Source: Candidatus Actinomarina sp.
GTDB lineage: Bacteria > Actinomycetota > Acidimicrobiia > Actinomarinales > Actinomarinaceae
NCBI GenBank assembly: GCA_038142145.1
Contig: JAYQJM010000005.1
Span: 366,114-430,113, forward strand
Length of the DNA stretch: 64,000 nucleotides
Reading direction: 5' to 3'
Shown here: in pieces, positions 38,703-47,680 of the stretch
How positions within the stretch are numbered: the first letter of the stretch is position 1
Layout: every line of letters begins with the position of its first letter
The notes under the pieces: model-generated
Databases searched by the model: none
The model's input: the letters and a program-made list of their open reading frames with translations, nothing else
Told to the model about the DNA's origin: nothing
Program-made: the position numbers and the translations under genes

Positions 38703-39334
38703 ATACATTTTATGTTTCACCTAATCAAGTAATTAAAGACAAGACTGAATTTGCAAAAAAAGGAATTGAGAAAGGCAGAACAACTGTTTCAGTGAAAACC
38801 ACAGAAGGTTTATTGTTTGTTGCTGACAATCCTTCTAAATTATTATTTAAAACATCAGAAATATATGACAAAATAGGTTTTGCTGGTGCTGGTAAATATA
38901 GTGAATTTGAAAATCTTAGAATTTCAGGAATTCAACATGCTGATTTAAAAGGTTTTAATTTCAGTAGAAATGATGTTTATGGATTGGATATAGCCAGCTT
39001 ATACTCACAAGCACTAGTGTATATTTTTAATAATGAAGTTAAACCTTATGAAGTAGAAATAATAGTTGGCGAATTTGACGCAAAAGAATCAACTATATAT
39101 CACGTCTCTTTTGATGGAACACTAACAGACAAGTCTCTTTTTTCAGTTATTGGCGGAAATTCAGAAATTTTAGAAGATAAATTAAGTAAGTTATATAAAA
39201 AAAAGATACCAAGAGATGATGCTATTAAATTACTAAAACAATTTATAAACGATGAAACACCTAGCAAAACTACAAATTTTGAGATTTCAATACTTGAAGA
39301 TCATAGTAAGGAAAGATGCTTTAAAAGACTTTAA
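38699..39334 (+). CDS. prcA: Proteasome alpha subunit
   Basis: 211 aa. MNTFYVSPNQVIKDKTEFAKKGIEKGRT aligns in pattern with the actinobacterial PrcA N-terminus (FYVSPEQ...ARKGI). Confidence 0.88.
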   Translation: MNTFYVSPNQVIKDKTEFAKKGIEKGRTTVSVKTTEGLLFVADNPSKLLFKTSEIYDKIGFAGAGKYSEFENLRISGIQHADLKGFNFSRNDVYGLDIASLYSQALVYIFNNEVKPYEVEIIVGEFDAKESTIYHVSFDGTLTDKSLFSVIGGNSEILEDKLSKLYKKKIPRDDAIKLLKQFINDETPSKTTNFEISILEDHSKERCFKRL

Positions 39335-39337
39335 AGT

Positions 39338-40165
39338 ATGAAAAATGTTTTTAAAAGATTAGTTTTATTAATCAATTTATTTAACGATAATTCGTTAACT
39401 TCAACTCAATATATAAAAGATAATATTGATGACTATCGCAATCTTTCTGATGCTGCTTTTCGACGATCTTTTGAGCGCGATAAATCATTACTCAAAGAAT
39501 TCGGTTACTCATTAAGATATTCAAACGATAAATGGGATATTGAAAAAGGGTATTATTTAGATGGAAATTTCATAATAAATAAAATTCAAAAAAAACTTGA
39601 TGATGATGAATATCAAAACTTTTTCAGTACTTATTTTTATTTAAAAAATCAGCTTAAGTTTGAAAAAAACTTAACAATAAATTTAGACAAAATTGGAACA
39701 ATTAATCAAGCAATCAATGAAGGCAAGAGGATTGGTTTTGATTACTTAAATAAATATAGAAAAGTAAAACCTTTGGGTTTTAGATACTCTTATAACAATT
39801 GGTATTTGGCTGCTTATGATGGAAAATCATTTAAAACTTACAAGTTAAGTAATGTTGAAAACATCAAATCAGGTAATATTCCAAATCTTTTTGAAAATGA
39901 TGTTAATGAATACAATTTCTCCTGGGAGGATACTAAAAGCGAGTTCAAAGCTACATTGAAGACTAAATCTGCAATTTATAAAGCTAATAAAAACCTATTT
40001 AATCACAAAATTATATCAGAAGATGATGATGAAATTAATATTGAGGTTGAAATATTATCAGATGATTATTTAGGGTTCTATAAGTTTCTTCTACAAGCTT
40101 GTAATGATGTAAAGGTTTTACATTTAAGTACAAATAATTTCATGGATAAAGTTTTCAATGAGTAG
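39338..40165 (+). CDS. pafB: WYL-domain transcriptional regulator, PafB-like
   Basis: 275 aa with RRSFERDKSLLKEFGY (the PafB/C N-terminal signature) and the WYL motif NNWYLAAYDG. Its position matches the pafB-pafC-tatA-tatC-helY order. Confidence 0.65.
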   Translation: MKNVFKRLVLLINLFNDNSLTSTQYIKDNIDDYRNLSDAAFRRSFERDKSLLKEFGYSLRYSNDKWDIEKGYYLDGNFIINKIQKKLDDDEYQNFFSTYFYLKNQLKFEKNLTINLDKIGTINQAINEGKRIGFDYLNKYRKVKPLGFRYSYNNWYLAAYDGKSFKTYKLSNVENIKSGNIPNLFENDVNEYNFSWEDTKSEFKATLKTKSAIYKANKNLFNHKIISEDDDEINIEVEILSDDYLGFYKFLLQACNDVKVLHLSTNNFMDKVFNE

Positions 40166-41003
40166 TAAGATCGATTTTCAAAACATACTAGATTTGCTAT
40201 CAATGATTAAGCAAAAAGATCAGTGGGAATTAAATGTTTTAATAAAGCAATTAAATATTAGTAAAAAAGACTTATTTTACCTATTAAACGTATTGTCTGA
40301 AATTCAAAGCGATTATGATCTTTTTTTTGATATCAAAGTAAATGAGGATAACCAATTAATTACATTTGAGTATTCAAGCTTTCTTGAAGATTTTCAAACA
40401 ATAACTGATGCCGACTTATTTAATTTATATTTTTTATTAAAAATTGACGATTTAGTAATTGAGGATTCTTATAAAAACAACGTTTCTGATTTCATTAGCG
40501 TACTTGATGACTACATAAACTTAGATAAGTTAACTAAGAACAATGTTCCAATAAGTGAATTGTTTTCTAATGATAATTTATTTATTGAATATTTAAAATT
40601 AGGGACCGATATAACAACTTCCTACAATATAAAACCATTAACGCTGAAATCAAATGAAGATGGAATTGTATTAGATGCATTAGATCAAGAGAGTTTAAAA
40701 GTTAAATCGTTTGTAGTAAGTCGAATAATTTCAGTAAACGAAACAGAGATAGTTGCGAATAATATTTCAAGCAATAGCTCAACAAAATTAGAATTTGAAA
40801 TAAACGAAAAATATAATCGACAAAATTTTAAACAAAAATTAAATAAATCAGGCAACATTTACTATTACGAGTTTTATTCATATGAAAACGCATTAAGTTT
40901 TGCGATAGAGAATATTGAAAAAATATCTCTATTGTCACCGCAAGCCTTAATCAAAGATTTAGACAACAGAAAACAATTTATAACTACTAATATTTTCTCA
41001 TGA
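40158..41003 (+). CDS. pafC: PafC-like regulator (paralogue of the upstream gene)
   Basis: 281 aa. It has an HTH-like N-terminus, overlaps pafB, and sits directly upstream of tatA/tatC. The sequence is divergent, so the call rests mostly on position. Confidence 0.55.
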   Translation: MSSKIDFQNILDLLSMIKQKDQWELNVLIKQLNISKKDLFYLLNVLSEIQSDYDLFFDIKVNEDNQLITFEYSSFLEDFQTITDADLFNLYFLLKIDDLVIEDSYKNNVSDFISVLDDYINLDKLTKNNVPISELFSNDNLFIEYLKLGTDITTSYNIKPLTLKSNEDGIVLDALDQESLKVKSFVVSRIISVNETEIVANNISSNSSTKLEFEINEKYNRQNFKQKLNKSGNIYYYEFYSYENALSFAIENIEKISLLSPQALIKDLDNRKQFITTNIFS

Positions 41004-41164
41004 GTTTTATAGAGCTTTCAATAATACTTTTAATATCTTTAGGAATACTTGATAAAGATAAATTAATGAAAGTTTATAAATTTTTAACTTCAAATAAACA
41101 ATCAACTGAAATTATTGGTGACAAATCTATTAATGAAAAATGGGTATGGATTGAGGAAGAATAG
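41000..41164 (+). CDS. tatA: Candidate TatA/TatB-like twin-arginine translocase component (54 aa), below the ORF-track cutoff
   Basis: There is an ATGA overlap with pafC, and its TAG overlaps the tatC GTG. The product is MSFIELSIILLISLGILDKDKLMKVYKFLTS..., with an N-terminal TM span, a Gly hinge and an amphipathic helix. Its position is exactly where tatA sits in actinobacteria. Confidence 0.45.
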   Translation: MSFIELSIILLISLGILDKDKLMKVYKFLTSNKQSTEIIGDKSINEKWVWIEEE

Positions 41165-41874
41165 TGAGTGAAAAAAAGTTCTTTGATCACTTTAAGGAGT
41201 TAAATTCAAGAATTTTTCTCTCATTTTTAAATTTAATAGTCTTTTTTGTTTTTATATATTTCAATTATTCATCAGTATATGACATTTTGATTCAGCCTTT
41301 AATACAAGCAGGTTACTCTGAATCAGATTTGTTTGCATTTACAATATATGAGGGATTTCAAGTAAAACTAATTAATTCTTTATATGTTTCTTTAATTTCC
41401 TCTCTACCAATAAATCTCATTATTTTAGGTTATTTTTTCCAACCAGCAATAGAAAATTTATCAAGGTTAAAATTTCTAATTTTCATGATGATTTCTATAA
41501 CCCTTTTTTATGTTGGTTTATTAATTGCTTATGAATTAATCCCACATGCAATAAAGTTTTTTCTTTCGTTTAATGAATCAGATTTCATACTTAGAACACA
41601 GAACTATTTTCAATTAATATTTCGAATAGCTCTTTTATTTGGAGTAACTTTTGAAATACCATTAGTTATTTATTTCTTATTAAATCGAGGAATAATTGAC
41701 ATAACAAAAATAAAAAAACTAAGAAAAGAAATGTTTTTGGTTATTTTAATATTTTCAGCAATAATTACCCCAACTGGTGATCCAGTCAGTTTGTTTGCAT
41801 TAACAATTCCTTTATATTTATTTATTGAGTTCGTTATTTTTTTGAATATTAAATCTAAAAATAATGAAACTTGA
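41164..41874 (+). CDS. tatC: Twin-arginine translocase subunit TatC
   Basis: 236 aa with six TM segments and an N-terminal FDHFKELNSRIF (the HLxELRxR-type motif). GTG start. Confidence 0.85.
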   Translation: MSEKKFFDHFKELNSRIFLSFLNLIVFFVFIYFNYSSVYDILIQPLIQAGYSESDLFAFTIYEGFQVKLINSLYVSLISSLPINLIILGYFFQPAIENLSRLKFLIFMMISITLFYVGLLIAYELIPHAIKFFLSFNESDFILRTQNYFQLIFRIALLFGVTFEIPLVIYFLLNRGIIDITKIKKLRKEMFLVILIFSAIITPTGDPVSLFALTIPLYLFIEFVIFLNIKSKNNET

Positions 41875-43723
41875 TAATTTTCAAACTGAAGCTATCAATG
41901 ACATAAAGTCGAACAGTAATGTTCTAGTTGTTGCCCCCACAGGGTCAGGCAAAACGCTAATAGCTGAAAGAAGCATTGATTATTATTTAGATTTAAACAA
42001 ATCTATTTTTTATACGACACCAATAAAAGCGCTTTCTAATCAGAAATATAATGATTTTAAAACAATGGGATATGATGTTGGTTTATTAACTGGAGATCGA
42101 AATATAAATCAAAATTCTCAATTAATTGTAGCTACTACTGAGATTTTAAGAAATATGATATTTGCTGACGATGAAAGGCTAAATAATGTTGGATTGATTG
42201 TCCTTGATGAGGTGCATTATTTAGCTGACAAAGAGCGAGGAACAACTTGGGAAGAAGTTCTCATTCATGCTAATAATAAAATTAAATTTTTATGCTTATC
42301 TGCAACAATTGAAAATAAGAATGAATTTTTAGAATGGATAGTTTCCATAAGAGGAACTACTTCTCTCGTCCATTCTAAAAAAAGACCTGTTCCTTTAAAA
42401 ACTTCATTAATTTCTAAATCTCACATAAGTAACAATTTAATTTTTATGGATTCTGAAAAAAATGATTCAAATAAAATTTTTAAAAGTGCAAATAGAAGAA
42501 GATCTTTTATAAAACCAAAATTAAATGAAATAATTTCTTATATATCAAAGAACAATTTAGAACCATTAATAATTTTTTATTTTTCAAGAGAGAAAACTGA
42601 AAGCAATGCTAGGTCACTTACATCAAATAGCACTGTATCAAAAGAGAAAGATTATATTAAACAAAAATTTGATGAGGTTTTTTCTGATTTATCAAACGAA
42701 GAAAAAGATTTATTAAACCTAGATGAGCAGCTTTGGATGTGGACTAGGGGAATTGGGTATCATCACGCTGGATTGGCACCTATAGTTAAAGAGTTTATTG
42801 AATATTTGTTTATAAATAAATATATTAAATATCTTTTTGCAACAGAAACTTTAGCATTAGGCGTTAATTTGCCAGCTAAATCAATTCTTATTAATAATTT
42901 AAATAAATTTGATGGATTTAAAACTAGATTAATAAACAATTCTGAATTTCTTCAATTATCAGGAAGAGCTGGAAGGAGAGGGATTGATACTCAAGGATTT
43001 GCTTTTTTGAATTATGATAAAAATGTAAATTTTGAATGGTATAAAAATCTATTTAAATTGAAACCCAGTATTTTAAAATCTGCATTTTCTGTAAATTATT
43101 CATCAGTAATTAAATTAAACAATTTATATACCAAAGAAGAAGCATTGAGTTTGTTAAACAAAAGTTTTTATTCTTATCAAAATTTTTCAAATATTGAAAA
43201 TTTAAAATCTACTTTTTTATCTAGATATAAAATTCTTGATGAATTGAATATTTTAAACTCTAGAGAAGGTTTTATCCTGTCAGAAACTTATCGTGACAGT
43301 TTACTGCCTGGTGTAATACTTTTTAAATCAGAAGAATCAAAGAGTATAGAGTTTTATATGATGTTTATTGCTACAGGAATATCAACTGAACTGAGCGATA
43401 TTGGATACAACGATGAGTTTCAAAACATATATGCTAAGTATGAATCTGTCAATGAAATGATTAATAGAGTTGAAATAAAACATAATTTAAATAAATTGTT
43501 AAAAGTAAATTATTCTTTATTTTCTTTACTAATTGAATACATGAGAACAAACAATATCGAATATGTGGTTAGCAAGTTTAATATCAATATTGGTGACTTT
43601 ATAAAAATTTCAAAAGAAGTTTCCGAATTATCAAAAAAGTTATTTACTCTTTACGATGATAAAGAATTTGAAAACATACATAAAATTTTCAATAACAAGT
43701 TAGTGATGAAGTCAATGATATGA
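41864..43723 (+). CDS. helY: Ski2-like DEAD/DEAH-box helicase (compact HelY-like)
   Basis: 619 aa with APTGSGKT, DEVH, SAT and QLSGRAGRRG, plus a C-terminal GDFIKISKEV (DSHCT-like). It follows tatC as Rv2092c does. Confidence 0.78.
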   Translation: MKLDNFQTEAINDIKSNSNVLVVAPTGSGKTLIAERSIDYYLDLNKSIFYTTPIKALSNQKYNDFKTMGYDVGLLTGDRNINQNSQLIVATTEILRNMIFADDERLNNVGLIVLDEVHYLADKERGTTWEEVLIHANNKIKFLCLSATIENKNEFLEWIVSIRGTTSLVHSKKRPVPLKTSLISKSHISNNLIFMDSEKNDSNKIFKSANRRRSFIKPKLNEIISYISKNNLEPLIIFYFSREKTESNARSLTSNSTVSKEKDYIKQKFDEVFSDLSNEEKDLLNLDEQLWMWTRGIGYHHAGLAPIVKEFIEYLFINKYIKYLFATETLALGVNLPAKSILINNLNKFDGFKTRLINNSEFLQLSGRAGRRGIDTQGFAFLNYDKNVNFEWYKNLFKLKPSILKSAFSVNYSSVIKLNNLYTKEEALSLLNKSFYSYQNFSNIENLKSTFLSRYKILDELNILNSREGFILSETYRDSLLPGVILFKSEESKSIEFYMMFIATGISTELSDIGYNDEFQNIYAKYESVNEMINRVEIKHNLNKLLKVNYSLFSLLIEYMRTNNIEYVVSKFNINIGDFIKISKEVSELSKKLFTLYDDKEFENIHKIFNNKLVMKSMI

Positions 43724-44595
43724 AAAAGTTTATAATAATTCAAAATATGAAATCTAGAGGAAGGTCGCTAAAGAGGAATTACATTGAATCTCTCTTAAAC
43801 AAACAAGGTGTTGAGTTTGAATTGTTTCAAACACATAATATATCTGAACTAGAAAATGTTATTTCTAACTATAAAGATTCTTCTAAATATCAATACTGCA
43901 CAATAGGAGGCGATGGTTCGTTAAATGCTCTTGTTAATACTTTATTTAAAAATGAAATCGCTTTACCAAGCGTGAGCTGTCTACCTGCAGGTAGTGGATC
44001 TGATTTTATAAGAATATTTGGATTGCCTCAAAAATTCGAGGAAAATATTTCAAGATTAAATAATGAAAATTATTACGAAATTGATGTTGGTGTAGTTAAA
44101 AACGAAAATCAACAAAAGTATTTTTTAAATGTTTTGAATATAGGTTTTTTAGCATCGACTGTAAATCTAAGTGAAAAGTTGCCAAACTTTTTTAAACGAT
44201 TTAGATATCCTCTGAGTTTTTGGTTAAAACTTTTACCTCATAAACCAACTGAAGTTATTTTGGATACAAATAGGTATAACTTTACTGAAAGAACATTTAA
44301 TATTTGTATTTGTAATGGACAGTTTTTTGGTGGCGGTTGGAATATTTCACCTAAATCAAGCCTTCAAGATGGTATTTTTAATGTACAATCCTTTGCAGTA
44401 AGTAAAACAAAAGCCATGAAGATATTTTTTCTTGCTAAAAAAGGTCTGCATTTACGTGAACCAGGTGTAATTGTGAAAAAAGCATCAAATCTTAAATTAA
44501 ACACTAAAGATCCTATTGAAATTGATGGTGATTTCTTCGGTTATGGTCCAGCTGAGATATTTATTAAAAATCAATCCATATTGTTTAAAATTTAG
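43720..44595 (+). CDS. Diacylglycerol/lipid kinase family protein (DAGK catalytic domain)
   Basis: 291 aa with GGDGSLNALVN and LPAGSGSDF. Confidence 0.8.
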   Translation: MKKFIIIQNMKSRGRSLKRNYIESLLNKQGVEFELFQTHNISELENVISNYKDSSKYQYCTIGGDGSLNALVNTLFKNEIALPSVSCLPAGSGSDFIRIFGLPQKFEENISRLNNENYYEIDVGVVKNENQQKYFLNVLNIGFLASTVNLSEKLPNFFKRFRYPLSFWLKLLPHKPTEVILDTNRYNFTERTFNICICNGQFFGGGWNISPKSSLQDGIFNVQSFAVSKTKAMKIFFLAKKGLHLREPGVIVKKASNLKLNTKDPIEIDGDFFGYGPAEIFIKNQSILFKI

Positions 44596-44614
44596 TAATA
44601 TTTAAAAAGCATAT

Positions 44615-44620
44615 AAGGAG
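44615..44620 (+). promoter_or_regulatory. Shine-Dalgarno AAGGAG, 5 nt upstream of the ATG at 44626
   Basis: This is one of only a few strong SD sequences in the window. Confidence 0.6.
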
Positions 44621-44625
44621 ACTGA

Positions 44626-44985
44626 ATGGCAAAAAAAGATGCCGAAGAATTAGAAGAGCCTTCGCTTGAAGATTTAGATGAAGATGAGCTTGATGATGTA
44701 GATCCTCCTGCTGAGGAAGAGGAAAAAGAAGAGATTGAAACAGAATCTCTAGAAGCAAGAGTCGAAACAGAAAAAAAGTCTGTTGAAGATACTGATGAAG
44801 CTGAAGGCTCATTTATGTCAGCTGAAGCTGCAGAGAAAAGAAATGTAAAAAAATCTGATTTAAAGCTAGATGAAATTGTCGAAGATATTAAAGAAGATGA
44901 ATTTACTTGTTCTGAGTGTTTTCTAGTATTGTTAAATACTCAATTAGCAAAACCTAGGTCAAAAGTTTGCTATGACTGTGCTTAA
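44626..44985 (+). CDS. Acidic protein with a C-terminal zinc ribbon (DUF4193-like)
   Basis: 119 aa with an Asp/Glu-rich N-terminal half, then FTCSECFLVLLNTQLA...VCYDCA. Confidence 0.55.
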   Translation: MAKKDAEELEEPSLEDLDEDELDDVDPPAEEEEKEEIETESLEARVETEKKSVEDTDEAEGSFMSAEAAEKRNVKKSDLKLDEIVEDIKEDEFTCSECFLVLLNTQLAKPRSKVCYDCA

Positions 44986-45421
44986 GCACAAAGATTTTAA
45001 TAAAGAATTTTTACTACATAAAAACACTGAACCTTCAACAAGATTAGTAAATAATTTTTTTGATGAGTTATCTAATATAGATGAATCTTTAATCGAGTAT
45101 TATAAAAAATTAACATTCATTGAATCAGTTTCGTTTGTTCTTGAGTGTGAAAATGAAATGATTGGTTATGCGAGGTTAGTTGAAAATCATAATTATTTTT
45201 TACTTTCTGAAATATTCATTATGAAAGATTTTCGCGAATTAGGTTTAGGAACTTTTATACTTTCTTCAATCAGAAATTATGTACAAGATCTAAAAATTCC
45301 ATTGAGAACAGTAACTCTACCTAGCGATAGGCAAGCTAAAAACTTTTATGAAGCTAATGGAATAACGGCGAGAATTTTACTTATGGAAGAAAAGCGTGAA
45401 AAAAATCGCACTAGACCTTGA
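44972..45421 (+). CDS. GNAT-family N-acetyltransferase
   Basis: 149 aa with the motif A-like segment IFIMKDFRELGLGTFIL. Confidence 0.6.
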   Translation: MTVLKHKDFNKEFLLHKNTEPSTRLVNNFFDELSNIDESLIEYYKKLTFIESVSFVLECENEMIGYARLVENHNYFLLSEIFIMKDFRELGLGTFILSSIRNYVQDLKIPLRTVTLPSDRQAKNFYEANGITARILLMEEKREKNRTRP

Positions 45422-46148
45422 CGGCACTATTTATTCTGGGAAAAAATTAATTTCTGGATCAAAAAAAGCTGTTGACCTTTTATTGGAAAATGAATTTGAA
45501 ATTTTCTTTACTACTAACAATAGCTCTCAAACTATAGATGAGATTTCAATCAAGTTAGAATCACTACTTGGCATTAATATTAAAAAAGGAAATGTCATTA
45601 CTCCATTAGTAATGTTGTCATCATATCTTTTAAGCAATAACGAAAACATATTTATTTATGGAAGTGAGAGTTTAAAAAAATATGTATTAAATTTGAACTA
45701 TAATTTAACAAACTTACAAGACTCAAAAAATATAGTAATTGGACGTAAAGATTTATTAGATGAAACCTTAATTAATGAAATGATTAATAAAATTAGACAA
45801 GGTTCACTTCCCATAGCATTAAATAAAGATTTAACTTTTCCCTCTGAAGGTAAAGAGCTGCCTGGTAATGGTGCTGTTGTAAAAATATTGGAAGATGAAC
45901 TTGGCATAAACATTGAAAGCTTAGGTAAACCTGATGATGTATATTCAAACTATTTTTCAGAACAAAAAATTGATATTGATTATGTTATTGGAGATAGAGT
46001 AGATACTGATGTATTGTTTGGTAATAAAATAAATGCAATTTCAATTCTTGTAAAAAGTGGTATTAATAATTTTCTTCCTGAAACTTTAGCTAATAGGGTA
46101 GAGGATAATTTGTTAGAGGCGGTAACGTCTATAGTTGAACAATCTTAA
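45396..46148 (+). CDS. HAD-IIA family hydrolase (NagD-like)
   Basis: 250 aa with IALDLDGTIY, FTTNNS, and C-terminal GDRVDTD. GTG start. Confidence 0.75.
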   Translation: MKKIALDLDGTIYSGKKLISGSKKAVDLLLENEFEIFFTTNNSSQTIDEISIKLESLLGINIKKGNVITPLVMLSSYLLSNNENIFIYGSESLKKYVLNLNYNLTNLQDSKNIVIGRKDLLDETLINEMINKIRQGSLPIALNKDLTFPSEGKELPGNGAVVKILEDELGINIESLGKPDDVYSNYFSEQKIDIDYVIGDRVDTDVLFGNKINAISILVKSGINNFLPETLANRVEDNLLEAVTSIVEQS

Positions 46149-46820
46149 AATTACATATCCAAATACAAACCCTCCTAAATGTGCTTCCCATGATATGTTT
46201 TGTGTTCCAAAAGATAAAAAGACTTGTGAGGCAAACCAAAATATCATGAAATATTTAGCTTTTATAGTTGTTGGGAATAAGAAGCCTAATGGAACTAAAA
46301 CAAGTAGTTTTGCGTTTGGAAATAAATAAACATACGCACCCATCAAACCAGATACAATTCCAGAAGCACCAACTATAGGTGTTATGCTGTTTAAATTTAA
46401 AATAGTGTGTGAAAATACACTAAAAAATGCTGTTGAAATTAAGAATGTAATAAACATAAATTTTCCTAATTTATCTTCTACATTGTTTCCAAATATCCAA
46501 AAACTCCAGAGGTTTCCAATTAAATGTACAAAATTTGCATGCAACAAATTACTGACGATAACACTGAAATACAAGTTCTTGTTTTGAAAAATATATTCAT
46601 TGCTAACAATTTTGCAATCATTGTAATAAAACTGTAATTCAGAAAGAGGACTCATATTATTGAGTTCGCAAGGTATTGATGCATACTGATAAAAGAAGTT
46701 AAAAAGTGAGTTTATATCTTTTGGTTGTATCAAAAAATAGATTAAGACAGCTAAAACCATAAAAATTCTTGAAACTACTGGGGTATTTCTTGCAGGATTA
46801 ATATCGGAAATAGGTATCAT
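46113..46820 (-). CDS. Rhomboid-family intramembrane serine protease
   Basis: 235 aa with HANFVHLIGNLWSFWIFG, GASGIVSGLMG (GxSG) and AHLGGFVFG. Confidence 0.85.
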   Translation of the reverse strand: MIPISDINPARNTPVVSRIFMVLAVLIYFLIQPKDINSLFNFFYQYASIPCELNNMSPLSELQFYYNDCKIVSNEYIFQNKNLYFSVIVSNLLHANFVHLIGNLWSFWIFGNNVEDKLGKFMFITFLISTAFFSVFSHTILNLNSITPIVGASGIVSGLMGAYVYLFPNAKLLVLVPLGFLFPTTIKAKYFMIFWFASQVFLSFGTQNISWEAHLGGFVFGYVILRLFNYRRYRL

Positions 46821-46833
46821 TTAATGAACATTA

Positions 46834-46839
46834 TATAAT
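46834..46839 (+). promoter_or_regulatory. Candidate -10 box TATAAT for nadK, at -12..-7 from the ATG (leaderless-type spacing)
   Basis: TATAAT is followed by 6 nt (ATATTT) and then the ATG at 46846. The whole divergent spacer is only 25 nt. Confidence 0.5.
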
Positions 46840-46845
46840 ATATTT

Positions 46846-47643
46846 ATGTCAAAAATAGCCGTAGTAACATCTAAAAAATATAAATCTTCAAGTACTTTTA
46901 AGAAATTTATTAGTCTTTTAGAAACTTCAAAGAAAGACTTTAGAGTTTATTTTCTAAATGAAATTGATAGCCAGAGCTATACAGATATGAAATTGAAATT
47001 AGTAGTAGGGATAGGCGGAGATGGTACTGCATTAAAGGCAATGAAGTTGGGTTGGCTAACAAATAGTGCTGTTGTTAACTTGGGTTCTGGAAGAATAGGT
47101 TATTTAGTAAATAAAATTGATCAATTAAATTTAAATGAAATTATTGAACTAAAAACATCTGAATTCAAATCTAGAAAACCAATAATTCAAAATAATGATA
47201 TGAAAAATCCATCTTTCAATGAAGTAGTGATAATTAAAAATGCACCAACAAATTTATTAGATTTAGAAATATTAACTTCCAAACAAGAAGTTAAGTTAAG
47301 AGCTGATGGGATAATAATTTCAACATCAATGGGTTCTACAGCTTACAATTACTCTGCTGGGGGTCCAATAGTTCAGACTAGCAATGAAGTTGTAATCTTG
47401 ACGCCAATATCTCCATTTACTAAATTTCCTAGATCTATTGTTCTAGATGGAGAAGCTAAATTGAAAGTCAAAATAAAAAAAGATCAAGATGTCTCAATAC
47501 AATTTGATGGAGTTGAAAGCTTTAATGAAACCCTTAAAGAAAATGCTGAATTTAATTATGAATTGTCATCAAAAAAATTAAAACTTTTGAATGAAAAAGA
47601 TGAGCCTAAGTTAACAAATTTCTTAAATCAAATATTAAGATAA
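46846..47643 (+). CDS. nadK: NAD kinase
   Basis: 265 aa with GGDGT and STAYNYSAGGPIV. Confidence 0.88.
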   Translation: MSKIAVVTSKKYKSSSTFKKFISLLETSKKDFRVYFLNEIDSQSYTDMKLKLVVGIGGDGTALKAMKLGWLTNSAVVNLGSGRIGYLVNKIDQLNLNEIIELKTSEFKSRKPIIQNNDMKNPSFNEVVIIKNAPTNLLDLEILTSKQEVKLRADGIIISTSMGSTAYNYSAGGPIVQTSNEVVILTPISPFTKFPRSIVLDGEAKLKVKIKKDQDVSIQFDGVESFNETLKENAEFNYELSSKKLKLLNEKDEPKLTNFLNQILR

Positions 47644-47680
47644 CTCTTCAATTTAATATTTTTCATGTTATTATTTTCAC

